This document shows, in pieces, positions 25,593-35,146 of a DNA stretch of 48,272 nt. Numbering within the stretch: position 1 is the first letter of the stretch; each line of letters begins with the position of its first letter. Under the pieces are notes generated by a model. The model was given only the letters and a program-made list of their open reading frames with translations. It searched no databases and was not told where the DNA came from. The DNA is from Actinomycetota bacterium (GTDB taxonomy: Bacteria; Actinomycetota; UBA4738; HRBIN12), in the NCBI GenBank assembly GCA_035696925.1, contig DASSDW010000264.1:1-48272 (forward strand), in the 5' to 3' direction. The position numbers were made by a program, and so were the translations under genes.

Positions 25593-27527
25593 ATGCGTCG
25601 CCTCGCGACCGCTCTGGCGCTCGCCACGCTCCTCCTGATGATGCCCGGGCCGGTCGAGGCGCAGGATCCCGCGGACGAGGCGTCGTACGGCGCGTCCGTC
25701 TCCGCGACCGACAATCTGTTCACACCGGAGATCGTCCGGGTCGACCTCGGGGAGACGGTCGAGTGGACGATGGACGGCCGCTCTCCGCACACCGTCGAAG
25801 CGGACGACGGCTCGTGGTCGTCCGGGAATCTCGACCCCGGAGCAGAGTTCGATCGGACGTTCGACGCCGAAGGGATCTTCCCGTTCTTCTGCCGGTACCA
25901 CGGCCGGCCCGGCCTCGGGATGGCCGGCACCGTCGTCGTCGGCGACGCGTCGCTCCCGGGAGGCGGCGTCCCGGGTCCCGACCCCGTCCCTCCCGGACCC
26001 GCCAACACGGTCCAGGTCCCCGATGACGCCCCGACGATCCAGGACGCGGTCGACCGCGTCCGCCCGGGCGGCCTCGTCCTGATCGACCCCGGTGTGTACC
26101 GGGAGGCCGTGGTCGTCACCACGCCGTACCTCACGATCCGCGGCATGGACCGCAACGACACGATCCTCGAGGGGAGCTTCGAGCTCGCGAACGGGATCCA
26201 CGTGATCGAGGCGGACGGTGTCGCCGTCGAGAACCTCACCGCCCGGCACTTCCTGCTGAACGGCTTCTACTGGTCAGACGTCCTGGGCTACCGAGGCTCC
26301 TACCTCACGGCCTCCACGAACGGCGACTACGGGATCTACGCGTTCGGGTCGCGATGGGGACGGCTCGATCACTCCTACGCGAGCGGCTCGCCCGACGCCG
26401 GGTTCTACATCGGCGCGTGCAACCCGTGCGACGCGGTGATCACCGACGTGCTCGCCGAGCACAACGCGCTCGGCTACTCCGGGACCAACGCGGGGGGGAA
26501 CCTCGCGATCGTGAACAGCGAGTGGCGGGAGAACCTCGCCGGGATCGTGCCCAACACCCTCGACTCCGAGCCGTTCGCCCCGCAACGCGACGTCCTGATC
26601 GCGGGCAACCACGTCCACCACAACAACTCGACCACGGTCGGCGCGAAGGAGTACGAATACGTGCCGTTCGGGATGGGGATCGTCGTCGCCGGCGGCCGCG
26701 ACGACCGCATCGTCGGCAACCTCGTCGAGGATCAAGCGACGTACGGCATCGCGATGATCCCGATCGTGGATACGAACTTCTGGCCATCCGGGGGCAACGA
26801 GGTCCGCGACAACGTCGTGCATCGGAGCGGACGGGCAGGCCTCGCGCTCGCGGCACCGTCCGCCGGCGACGACTGCTTCGCCGGCAACGACGCGGGGACC
26901 AGCCACCCCGCCGCGGTCGAGCTCCTCTTCCCCTGCGGCGGCTTCCGGCCGTTCCCGGGCGGCGGCGGGAGCATGGGACCGACCGCCAACGTCCTGTCCC
27001 GGTTCATCGATTCGATGGATGGCGAGTTCCCGCATGGCGATTGGCGCGAGCAACCCGACCCGCCAGGGGATCTCCCCGACATGCCGGGCGATCCGGCCAC
27101 GGCGCCGCCCGACCCGGCCACACCCGAGGAAGCCGTGCCCGGTCGGTTCCGCATCCGCGCCGTCGACGACATCCGCGCCGCGCGCGGACCCGAGATCAGC
27201 CGGGAGGTCAGCCTCATGGGTGTTCCGCTCATCGCGTCGAGCTGGTGGAGCCTGCTCCTCGGGCTCTACGGCTACATCCTCCCGTTCGTGCTCTACGCAT
27301 CGTGGGTGGCGATCGCGATGTGGGACCTGATCAGGCGTGACGCCGACACGATCCCGGAACGCGCGCGATGGATGGCGATCCTGCTCCTCGTCCCCTTCGT
27401 CGGACCGTTGCTCTACTTCGCGTTCGGGAAGTCGTCGATCCCTTCGCAGTTGCGGCTGATGCTCACGGCGGGTGGGGTGATCGCCTATCTCGTCTTCCTC
27501 GTGATCGGCCTGCTCCTCGGCGGATGA
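25593..27527 (+). CDS. Secreted multidomain protein: cupredoxin + NosD-like right-handed beta-helix + C-terminal membrane PLDc_N domain
   Basis: Signal peptide MRRLATALALATLLLMMPGPVEA. Type-1 copper ligand pattern (SPHTV ... FFCRYHGRPGLGM). Beta-helix repeats (NGIHVIEADGVAVENL, GIYAFGS, NALGYSGTNAGGNLAIVNS, GNHVHHNN). C-terminal WVAIAMWDLIRRDADTIPERARWMAILLLVPFVGPLLYFAFGK matches PLDc_N. Confidence 0.8.
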   Translation: MRRLATALALATLLLMMPGPVEAQDPADEASYGASVSATDNLFTPEIVRVDLGETVEWTMDGRSPHTVEADDGSWSSGNLDPGAEFDRTFDAEGIFPFFCRYHGRPGLGMAGTVVVGDASLPGGGVPGPDPVPPGPANTVQVPDDAPTIQDAVDRVRPGGLVLIDPGVYREAVVVTTPYLTIRGMDRNDTILEGSFELANGIHVIEADGVAVENLTARHFLLNGFYWSDVLGYRGSYLTASTNGDYGIYAFGSRWGRLDHSYASGSPDAGFYIGACNPCDAVITDVLAEHNALGYSGTNAGGNLAIVNSEWRENLAGIVPNTLDSEPFAPQRDVLIAGNHVHHNNSTTVGAKEYEYVPFGMGIVVAGGRDDRIVGNLVEDQATYGIAMIPIVDTNFWPSGGNEVRDNVVHRSGRAGLALAAPSAGDDCFAGNDAGTSHPAAVELLFPCGGFRPFPGGGGSMGPTANVLSRFIDSMDGEFPHGDWREQPDPPGDLPDMPGDPATAPPDPATPEEAVPGRFRIRAVDDIRAARGPEISREVSLMGVPLIASSWWSLLLGLYGYILPFVLYASWVAIAMWDLIRRDADTIPERARWMAILLLVPFVGPLLYFAFGKSSIPSQLRLMLTAGGVIAYLVFLVIGLLLGG

Positions 27528-27530
27528 GTC

Positions 27531-28244
27531 TCACGCCTCGAGCTGGATCCGCATCCGCTTGAAGGCCTTTCCCTTCGATTCCGTCTTGACGACGGTGACG
27601 TGACCGACCTCCCCCGTCGCCTTCACGTGCGTCCCGCCGTCCGCCTGCTTGTCGATCCCCTCGATGTCGATCACGCGGATCGGGTCGACGGTGTCGGGGA
27701 TCAAGCTGACTTTCGTGCGGATCAGATCCGGGTCGGAGAGCGCCTCGGTCCGGGGCAGGAAGCTCACGTGCACGGGACGGTTCTTGTTGAGCTCCTCGTT
27801 GAGCTTGCCCTCGACATCCTTGGCGAGCTCCTGGCTCATCTCGTCGAGCTCGAAGTCCATACGGGCCGATCCCTTGGCGTCCATGTTCCCGCCGGTCACC
27901 TTGGCCCCGTGCTCGCGGAAGATCACGCCGGAGAGGGCGTGCAACGCCGTATGGGTGCGCATCAAGAGGTGCCGCCGGCTCCAGTCGATCTCGGCCGTCA
28001 CCGAGTGGCCCACGAGCGGCGCGTCGCCATCCACCTGGTGGACGATGTCGCCGCCGATCTTCACTGTGTCGGTGACCCGCGCCATCCCGTTGTCCCAGCG
28101 GAGCGTCCCGGTGTCGCCTGGCTGGCCGCCGCCGCGCGCGTAGAAGACGGTCCGATCGAGGATCACGCCCTCGTCGCGGACATCCACGACGGTGGCCTCG
28201 CAGCTGGTCAGGTAGGCGTCCTCGGCGAAAAGCTGATCGGTCAT
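27531..28244 (-). CDS. Alanyl-tRNA editing protein (AlaX-M type; tRNA synthetase second additional domain)
   Basis: RTHTALHALS (HxxxH) and ADGGTHV are zinc-site motifs shared with the AlaRS/ThrRS editing domain. The ATG at 28244 is preceded by GGAGG. The rest of the 489-aa track ORF is Arg-rich artefact. Confidence 0.85.
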   Translation of the reverse strand: MTDQLFAEDAYLTSCEATVVDVRDEGVILDRTVFYARGGGQPGDTGTLRWDNGMARVTDTVKIGGDIVHQVDGDAPLVGHSVTAEIDWSRRHLLMRTHTALHALSGVIFREHGAKVTGGNMDAKGSARMDFELDEMSQELAKDVEGKLNEELNKNRPVHVSFLPRTEALSDPDLIRTKVSLIPDTVDPIRVIDIEGIDKQADGGTHVKATGEVGHVTVVKTESKGKAFKRMRIQLEA

Positions 28245-28267
28245 CCTCCGAAGCGTACTACCCCGCC

Positions 28268-28627
28268 TCAGCCTCCTTTGAGCTCGATCCAGTCGCGGAT
28301 CGCCCTCTCGAGGTCGGCTCGCTTCCGGATCACGTCGGCTTCGTCCGCGAACCGCAGGTAGCGAACGGTTCCGCCGCCGCCCTCGAACCGAGGATGCTTC
28401 CCGGGCAGCTTCGCCCCTTGGTGGAAGAGCACGCTGACGTGCTTCTTCGATCGCGGCTCGATGCTCGCGATGTTCCCTTCGAAGACGAACGTCGGGCTCT
28501 TCCACTTGATCGTCTCGACGATCCGGGAGTCGACGCCGAGGACGATGTCGCGCACGGCGTTGATCGCCTCCTCGAGCGGGTGCCCGAGCTCGGAGACGAA
28601 CGTATCGACCTCCTGGGTTCTCGGCAT
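28268..28627 (-). CDS. DUF1801 (YdhG-like) domain protein
   Basis: 119 aa. EEAINAVRDIVLGVDSRIVETIKWKSPTFVFEGNIASI has the pattern typical of DUF1801. Confidence 0.7.
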   Translation of the reverse strand: MPRTQEVDTFVSELGHPLEEAINAVRDIVLGVDSRIVETIKWKSPTFVFEGNIASIEPRSKKHVSVLFHQGAKLPGKHPRFEGGGGTVRYLRFADEADVIRKRADLERAIRDWIELKGG

Positions 28628-28663
28628 CTCGTGACAGCGTAGGCGGTGCGCTGTGGTCGCGCG

Positions 28664-29587
28664 CTAGACGTCGGGCTCGCGGACACGCGTTGTCCGGACC
28701 AGCGTGGCGAGGATCGCGCCGCCGAGGATCATGACCCCGCCGATCGCGGTGGGAGCCGTGATGGGCTCGTCGAGGAAGAACGCCGCGAGGACGGCCACCC
28801 CCAGCGGCTCCATCACGCCGATGATCGCGTTGCGCACCGCGCCGAGGAGCTGCAAGCCGCCGAGCATCGCCGCGAAGGCGCCGGCGGAGAACACGGCCAT
28901 CCCGAGGAGGAACGGCCACGACGACGCGTCCGGAAGATCCTCGACGCCGAACGCGAGAGAGAACACGACGTTCGAGCACGCGGCGCCGGCTCCGAGCCAC
29001 GCCGCGGCCGTGACCGGGTCCGTCCGGCGAACGGTCCGATCGGCGGTGATCAGATAGGCCGTGTAGGCGACCGAGGTGGCGAGCGCGAGGAGGATCCCGA
29101 GGGGCGCCACCTCCACGTCACCGCCGCCCACGATCACGACGGCGCTGCCGCCGAGCGCCAGGAGCAGGGCGACGAAGAGCCGCCATCCCGGCGGACGCCG
29201 ATCCAACCCGATCGTCACCAACATCACCCACACCGGGTACAGGTAGAACAGGAGCGTGACCGCGCCCGCCTTCCCGTGGTTCAGGGCGGAGAAGAACAGG
29301 GCCGCCTCGGTCCCGTAGCCGATCGTCGCGGCGAGGACCAGCGGCAGGCGCTCCCCCGGCGCCGGTGCCAGCGGTCTGCGCAACAGGAGCAGGACGACGA
29401 AGAGCAGCACCGCCTGGCCCGCGAACCGGATCGCGAGCATCGGGAACGGCAGGTCGCCGGCCGCGACCTCCTTCCCGAACATCACGACCGCCGCGAACTG
29501 GAGCGCCATCAGCGCGGAGAGCGTGGACCCGAGCAGCTCCTGACGAGGCGTCCTGGCGCGTCGGTCGTGCGCCTCGCTCGCGCTCAC
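28664..29587 (-). CDS. EamA/DMT family transporter
   Basis: Ten predicted TM segments with a duplicated EamA pattern. GTGA overlap with the upstream hydrolase stop. Confidence 0.85.
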   Translation of the reverse strand: MSASEAHDRRARTPRQELLGSTLSALMALQFAAVVMFGKEVAAGDLPFPMLAIRFAGQAVLLFVVLLLLRRPLAPAPGERLPLVLAATIGYGTEAALFFSALNHGKAGAVTLLFYLYPVWVMLVTIGLDRRPPGWRLFVALLLALGGSAVVIVGGGDVEVAPLGILLALATSVAYTAYLITADRTVRRTDPVTAAAWLGAGAACSNVVFSLAFGVEDLPDASSWPFLLGMAVFSAGAFAAMLGGLQLLGAVRNAIIGVMEPLGVAVLAAFFLDEPITAPTAIGGVMILGGAILATLVRTTRVREPDV

Positions 29588-30360
29588 GCCCCCTCCAGGA
29601 ACGCCCGGACGCGCTCGATCAGGGACGGGATCGAGGCGATCAGCTCCTCCTCCGACGCGAAGGTGATCAGCTCCGCGTCGGGCAGCAGATCGGCCAGGAT
29701 CCGTCCGAGCGCGGCCGGATGGATCGCGTCACCCTCCCGGCAGATCAGGAGGACCGGCGCCTCCACCTTCCGCAGCAGCTCGCGGTCCGAGATCGAGATG
29801 TCGCGCGTGACCTCGCGGATCGCTCGCGACACGCCGGCGGGGTTCATGTCCTCCCAGAGCGTGAGGTCGAGCTCGCGGAGCCCCGGCGCCCGCGCGTATC
29901 GCTCCTCGCTCAGCTCGAGGATCCGCTCGATCGCCTCGTCCTTCGGATGCGCCTCGAGGAGATCCGCGATCGAGTCGAACCTCTCCGGGTTGCGGAAGGG
30001 GAGGTCGAGCGACGCGGGCAGCAGCATCACGATCCGATCGAACCGGGCCGGGTCGTGTTCGAGGAGCGACATGATCGCCCCGGCGCCGAGGGAGGTCCCG
30101 ACCGCGTTCCTCGCCTCATATGCCTGAGCGACCACGTCGAGGTCCGACGCGAGATCGGCGAACCCGTACCCCTGTCGCGGCGCGCTCGAATGACCGTGGC
30201 CCCGGAAGCAGAACCGCACCGCGGTGCCGGCGAGCGACGGGGTGAACGGAGCCAGCTCGCGACACGAGTTCGTCAGGCCGTGCGCGAAGATCGTCACCGG
30301 CCGACCGGCACCATCGACCTCGACGTGCAGCGTCACGTCTCCGTTGCGGACCTCCGGCAT
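29584..30360 (-). CDS. Alpha/beta hydrolase
   Basis: IFAHGL (oxyanion region) and GTSLGAG nucleophile elbow. Confidence 0.8.
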   Translation of the reverse strand: MPEVRNGDVTLHVEVDGAGRPVTIFAHGLTNSCRELAPFTPSLAGTAVRFCFRGHGHSSAPRQGYGFADLASDLDVVAQAYEARNAVGTSLGAGAIMSLLEHDPARFDRIVMLLPASLDLPFRNPERFDSIADLLEAHPKDEAIERILELSEERYARAPGLRELDLTLWEDMNPAGVSRAIREVTRDISISDRELLRKVEAPVLLICREGDAIHPAALGRILADLLPDAELITFASEEELIASIPSLIERVRAFLEGA

Positions 30361-30374
30361 GGAGCCTCAGCCTG

Positions 30375-33300
30375 TCAGGCCTCGATCAGGTCGTCCTGCG
30401 TCGCGAACTGATCTCGGATGCGGCGGGCCCACGCCGCGACGATGCCTGTGAGGACCAGGAACACCGCGCCCGACACGATCAGCACCATCCGTGTGCGGCC
30501 GGCGTCGTTTTCCACCCACACGAGGGACAGGACGAGAGCAGGCACGATGAAGCCGAGGTTGTACGCGATGTCGAACAGCGCGAACGCCCGGCCTCGGAAG
30601 TCGTCCGGCATCGCCTGCTGGACGATCGTGTCGGCCGACACCTTCCCCAGGAAGAACGCGAAGAAGCCGATGAAGAGCATCGCCGCGAATCCGGCCACGG
30701 AGACCAGACCGCCGAACACGAGCGTTCCCGCACCGAGGAGCGCCATCGACACGAGCAGGAGCCTGATCGGAGCCACCCGATCCTTCAGCCCCTGCGCCAC
30801 GATCAGCCCGAGCACCCCGCCGATCAACCCGACGCCGCCTGAGAGGAGGGTCGGCACCTGGCTGTCCGAGCCGACGAGGTTCTTCGCGTACAGCGCGAAC
30901 ACGAAGAGGCCGAAGCCCCAGAACTGGTAGCGGAGCATCTGGAACCCGGACAGTCCCACGGCGGCCGCGGGGCGAGCCGCCACTTCCCGGACGCCGTGCG
31001 CGATCGTGCGCATGACCCGGCGGGCCTCTTCGGCGAAACGGGTCACGTGCGCGCGTGCCTCCACGTGTCGGAGCCGGGTGGCCGCGAGTGCCCCGATCGC
31101 GAGGACCGCAGCGCCTCCGAGCACCACGAGCCACGAGGGGAGGAACCCGCCGGCCGCGAGCGCCACGGCGATCCCGAGGATCTGGAAGAGCGCGCCGCCC
31201 GCTTGCGACAGGGCGTTCCCTTGGAGGAGGTCACGGCCGGACAGGACGTCGGGGATCGCAGCCGACTTCACGGCGAGCGCCACCCGGATCACCGCCTGGG
31301 CGACGAGCAACCCGAGGACGAGCGCGGCGGTGGCGCCCGCATCGCCCTCGGTCGTGCCCTTCCCGAGCGGGAGGAGGACCGCGATCGCGATCACCCCCAC
31401 GACGGCCGCCGTCACGAGGTTCGACCACCACACGACCCGTCGTCGCTCGAACCGATCGATCACGACGCCGCTGAACGGAGACAGCAGCGTGTACGGGATG
31501 TAGAGCAGCAGGATCACCTGCAGCAGGTAGTCGGCCGAGGGGACGTTCTGCACGTCGAACCCCTCTTGGCCACCGAACGCGATCGACTTGCCGATCGCGC
31601 CTTGGATCATCCCCTGCCCGGCCTGGGTCAGGAACTGCACGCTCCTCAGGGTGGCGTAGGCAGCGTTCGAGAACTGCGAGAACAGGCGGTTGAAGAAGCC
31701 GCCGAACGCGCCGAGCGCCCGAAGGATCCACGCGCTCCCGAACCGGAGCGCCGCGCCCGAGCCGACCGCCACTCCCACGACGACCCATGCCTTGGTGTCG
31801 GTGAGCGGTCCGCGCCACACACCGAGCACGGCGATCCCCGCGAGGAGGGACAGCACGATCGACGTGCCGGGGATCAGGGCGATCCGGCTGACGGTGTCCC
31901 TCAGCCCGAAGAAGGGAGCGGCCAGCAGACCGGGAAGGACGGCGAGCGCGAACAGCCCGGCGAGCACACGCGCCTGATGCGGCAGATCGGCCAGCGGCCC
32001 GGGAGGGTCCTCGAACCGCGCGGCGGCGGCGGCGCCCGCGGAACGCGCCCGCTCCACGACCTCCGGAGGAGGCTCGTAGGTGCGGTCGCCCGTCAACACG
32101 TGCGTCCCCGGGCCGATCTCGACCGAGTCCTCCAGCGCACGGTCGAGTGTGGCCTGCTCGGCCTCCGGAGAACAGGCTCCCTCGGCGAGCCCGTTGCAGA
32201 GGCCCGAGTAGTACTCCTCGATCAGGAACACCACGGGCGGCTCGGGATACGTCGTGAGCCGTGCCTGCACCTCCTCCCAATGGCTCCTCGAGGTCTCGCG
32301 GAAGTTCTCGCTCGGCCCCTCGGAGGGCTGGCCGCTTCGGAAGTCCTCGACGGTCCCGACGAAGGTCACCTGGTACTTCGCGAGCTGCCCGGGGAGTCCC
32401 GTCCGGAACACGTTCGTGTACGTCTTCGCCCACCCGTACGTGGTGTTGGATCCGGTGGCGTCATCGGTGTTGCCGTAGTTCACGATGAGGACGCTCGGTC
32501 GCTCGCCGGCCGCGACCACGACCTCGCGCGCCGCCGCCAGCGATGTCCGCACGCTCTGGGGGGCCCACTGGTTGTCCTGCTGCGCCCACCGGTTGATCGC
32601 GGGGTCGAGGAACAGCCAGGCGAGCGCGCCCACCACCACCACCGCGCCGAGGGCCCCGGCCAGCTTCCGCGAGCCCTCCCGTCGGAGCAGCCACCGCACC
32701 GCCAGGTAGGCGCCCAGGCCGGTGAGCGCCATCGGCGCCGCCGTCGCGTTCATGAAGCGGTAGTAGGGGATCGCCTGTCCGAGGAGGAACGTGAGCACCC
32801 CCGCGAACGGGAACATCCACCAGATCGCGACCTGTTCGTACTGCGGAGCGGGGGTCCGGGTGCGTCTCGCCGTAAGGACGGTGGCGACGATCGCCAGGAG
32901 GATCAGGGGGAACGTGATCGCCGGCCGCATCGAGGTCACCCACTCGATCAGGCGTTCCCGGAAGAAGGCAGCGGTGTACGGCGGTGGGAGCGCGGCGTCC
33001 TTCAAGAGCTCGGGACCGCCGGGCCCCCAGATGCCGACCACCCAGAGCGCGAGCCCGGTGACCATGCCAGAGCCCGTCGCCAACAGCAGCGGGCCATCCG
33101 ATCGCATCGCCGTCCCGAAGCGGAATCGGCTCGTCACGACGTGGATCCCCCACACGGCGAGCAACGAGAGCCCGAACAGGACGCAGGTGGTCGGATGCGT
33201 GAACGCCGCCGCCATCCCGATCAGGAAGATCGCCCCGCGGGCACCCCACGACGTACGCGCGGCGTCGGCGAACGCGACGATCAGGCTCAGCAGGAACAGG

Positions 33301-33800
33301 ACCGTGATGTTGTCGAGGTAGCCGACGTACGGAGTGGTGAGGAAGAGCCCTGCGGTCGCGAGCATCGTGAGGAGCACGACCAGCGGATCGCGCCGGCTCC
33401 GGAAGGCCCCCGCCCCGAGGGCCAGACCGGTGAGGATCGGGATCCCCAGCATCAGGAACGCGCTGAAGCTGTACGTGCTGATCCCGCTGACCCTCTGCAG
33501 CAGCGCGCCCGCGAGCGGAACCGTCACGCGGTAGCCGCCGGAGAACAGGTTGTCCGGACCCCAGTCGGCGGCGATCGATCCGGGATCGTCCTCGAGGATC
33601 AGGCCCGCCCGCCACGTGTACCACGCGGGATCCCGGGTGGGCGCCGACAAGGACGGATCCGCGATGAATCGCCAGCCGAGCGCCAGGAGGAGGATCAGCG
33701 CGAAGCCCACGATCACCCACCACGAGCCGAGTCGGCGGGAACGGGTGGCGGGCGGCGGCACGGCATGTTCGTCGGCCTGAGCGGTGCGAGTGAGCGTCAC
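30375..33800 (-). CDS. 1141-aa polytopic fusion protein: N-terminal GT-C-like multi-TM domain, a soluble middle region and a C-terminal MFS transporter domain
   Basis: GTG start with GGGAGG 4-5 nt upstream. Residues about 25-420 contain roughly 11 TM helices, 420-600 are soluble, and 600-1141 form an MFS-like 12-TM half (YIPYTLLSPFSGVVIDRFERRRV is the MFS loop 2-3 motif). GC3 is high throughout. Confidence 0.8.
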   Translation of the reverse strand: MTLTRTAQADEHAVPPPATRSRRLGSWWVIVGFALILLLALGWRFIADPSLSAPTRDPAWYTWRAGLILEDDPGSIAADWGPDNLFSGGYRVTVPLAGALLQRVSGISTYSFSAFLMLGIPILTGLALGAGAFRSRRDPLVVLLTMLATAGLFLTTPYVGYLDNITVLFLLSLIVAFADAARTSWGARGAIFLIGMAAAFTHPTTCVLFGLSLLAVWGIHVVTSRFRFGTAMRSDGPLLLATGSGMVTGLALWVVGIWGPGGPELLKDAALPPPYTAAFFRERLIEWVTSMRPAITFPLILLAIVATVLTARRTRTPAPQYEQVAIWWMFPFAGVLTFLLGQAIPYYRFMNATAAPMALTGLGAYLAVRWLLRREGSRKLAGALGAVVVVGALAWLFLDPAINRWAQQDNQWAPQSVRTSLAAAREVVVAAGERPSVLIVNYGNTDDATGSNTTYGWAKTYTNVFRTGLPGQLAKYQVTFVGTVEDFRSGQPSEGPSENFRETSRSHWEEVQARLTTYPEPPVVFLIEEYYSGLCNGLAEGACSPEAEQATLDRALEDSVEIGPGTHVLTGDRTYEPPPEVVERARSAGAAAAARFEDPPGPLADLPHQARVLAGLFALAVLPGLLAAPFFGLRDTVSRIALIPGTSIVLSLLAGIAVLGVWRGPLTDTKAWVVVGVAVGSGAALRFGSAWILRALGAFGGFFNRLFSQFSNAAYATLRSVQFLTQAGQGMIQGAIGKSIAFGGQEGFDVQNVPSADYLLQVILLLYIPYTLLSPFSGVVIDRFERRRVVWWSNLVTAAVVGVIAIAVLLPLGKGTTEGDAGATAALVLGLLVAQAVIRVALAVKSAAIPDVLSGRDLLQGNALSQAGGALFQILGIAVALAAGGFLPSWLVVLGGAAVLAIGALAATRLRHVEARAHVTRFAEEARRVMRTIAHGVREVAARPAAAVGLSGFQMLRYQFWGFGLFVFALYAKNLVGSDSQVPTLLSGGVGLIGGVLGLIVAQGLKDRVAPIRLLLVSMALLGAGTLVFGGLVSVAGFAAMLFIGFFAFFLGKVSADTIVQQAMPDDFRGRAFALFDIAYNLGFIVPALVLSLVWVENDAGRTRMVLIVSGAVFLVLTGIVAAWARRIRDQFATQDDLIEA

Positions 33801-33866
33801 GATCCTCCCGAGGGCCCAGCGCGCCGGCTGGGGCAGCCCCCAAGGATAGAGGTCAGCGGCTGCCGC

Positions 33867-34301
33867 TCACGTGCTTCCACAGGCGCGACACAGGCCGATC
33901 AGATCGAGTCGGTGACGGACCGTATCGAATGCCGCTTCGCGTGCAAGCACGTCGAGGGTCCGATCCAATCGGCGCTCGAGCGGGGCCGGGATGAGGAGAT
34001 CCTGGACCTGGCCGCAGCGTGAGCACATCAGGTGGTGATGGTGCCCGGTGAGCTCCTCCGCGAGCTCGTACCGCGCGAACCCATCCTCGGATGCGACCCT
34101 GCGGATCAGGCCCGCAGCTTCGAGCTCGGCGAGGTTCCGGTACGCGGAACTCTGCGGCAGGTTCTTCCGCCCGCGGACGATCGCCGGGAGCGAGAGCGGC
34201 ATGCCGGCTTTGGCGAGGATCTCCACCAGGCGTCGTCTCGTGCGCGTGTACCGCCGGCCGGACGACGCGAGCCGTTCCGCCGCCTCCTGATGGAGCTCCA
34301 T
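33867..34301 (-). CDS. zur: Fur family transcriptional regulator (probable Zur)
   Basis: Winged helix (SAYRNLAELEAAGLIRRV), HHHHLMCSRCG and CRAC metal sites. It overlaps the stop of the ABC-3 permease gene by 1 nt. Confidence 0.8.
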   Translation of the reverse strand: MELHQEAAERLASSGRRYTRTRRRLVEILAKAGMPLSLPAIVRGRKNLPQSSAYRNLAELEAAGLIRRVASEDGFARYELAEELTGHHHHLMCSRCGQVQDLLIPAPLERRLDRTLDVLAREAAFDTVRHRLDLIGLCRACGST

Positions 34302-35146
34302 CAGTGGGCCTCCTGCTGGAGCGCCCTCGGCGCGGTCCGCTTCGCGAGCGCGACGGCGGCGAACAGGGCGGCCGCGACGAAGACGATCGACCCGCCGGGG
34401 GCGAGGTCGAGCGGTCGCGCGATGGTGAGACCGACGAGTGAGGACACGGCGCCGATCGCGACGGCCAGACGGAGCGTGCCGCGGAAGGACCGCGAGACCA
34501 GCTGCGCCGACGCGACGGGGAGCACCATCATCGCCGCGATCAGCAGGACGCCCACGATCCGCATGCCCGCCACGATCACGCCGGCGGTCAGCGCGGCCAG
34601 CGCCACGCTGAGCGCACCTACGGGAAGGCCGGCGACGCGCGACCAGTCTTCATCGGTCACCACCGCGAACAGCGCCCGGCCCGCGAGGCGCATCGCGACC
34701 ACGACGATCACGCCGAGAGCGCCGACCATCGCGACGCCCGTCCACGTGACGGCGTACGGATCGCCGAACAGGTACGGGAGCGTCTCGAGCTCGAGATCGC
34801 CCGCTCTGCTCGCGAACACGGCGCCCATCGCGATGCCGACGTAGAAGAAGAGCGCGAGGGCGAGGTCGCCCGCCGCCTTGCGCTTCAACCGGAGCATCTC
34901 CACGCCGATGGCCCCGATCACCGCGAACGCGAGGGCGCTCCACACCGGCCAGACCCCGACGAGCAGACCGGCGCCGACCCCCGCGAACGCCACGTGGGCG
35001 ATCCCGTCGCCGACGAGTGAGAGCCGCTTCTGGACGAGGAACGCGCCGATCATGGGAGCGAACACCCCGACGGCGAGGCACGCGACGAGTGCCCGCTGCG
35101 CCTCCGCCGATTCGAAGGGGTAGGGGATCGAGAGCGTTCCGATCAT
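34301..35146 (-). CDS. znuB: ABC-3 family metal (Zn/Mn) importer, permease subunit
   Basis: ATGA overlap with the ATPase stop. FLVQKRLSLVGDGIAHVAFAGVG is typical of ZnuB/MntB. The track ORF extension to 35569 is an artefact. Confidence 0.85.
   Translation of the reverse strand: MIGTLSIPYPFESAEAQRALVACLAVGVFAPMIGAFLVQKRLSLVGDGIAHVAFAGVGAGLLVGVWPVWSALAFAVIGAIGVEMLRLKRKAAGDLALALFFYVGIAMGAVFASRAGDLELETLPYLFGDPYAVTWTGVAMVGALGVIVVVAMRLAGRALFAVVTDEDWSRVAGLPVGALSVALAALTAGVIVAGMRIVGVLLIAAMMVLPVASAQLVSRSFRGTLRLAVAIGAVSSLVGLTIARPLDLAPGGSIVFVAAALFAAVALAKRTAPRALQQEAH

Noticed and set aside
28245-29000. N-terminal extension of the 489-aa ORF 27531..29000
   Set aside because: It overlaps the DUF1801 and EamA genes out of frame and is Arg-rich. 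The AlaX homology begins at the ATG at 28244, which has GGAGG upstream.
30996-34022. 1008-aa plus-strand ORF
   Set aside because: It is antisense to the 1141-aa membrane fusion protein and to zur. Its composition is dominated by R/E/D/P/G, with no hydrophobic core or motifs. The minus-strand frame has clear TM periodicity and MFS motifs.
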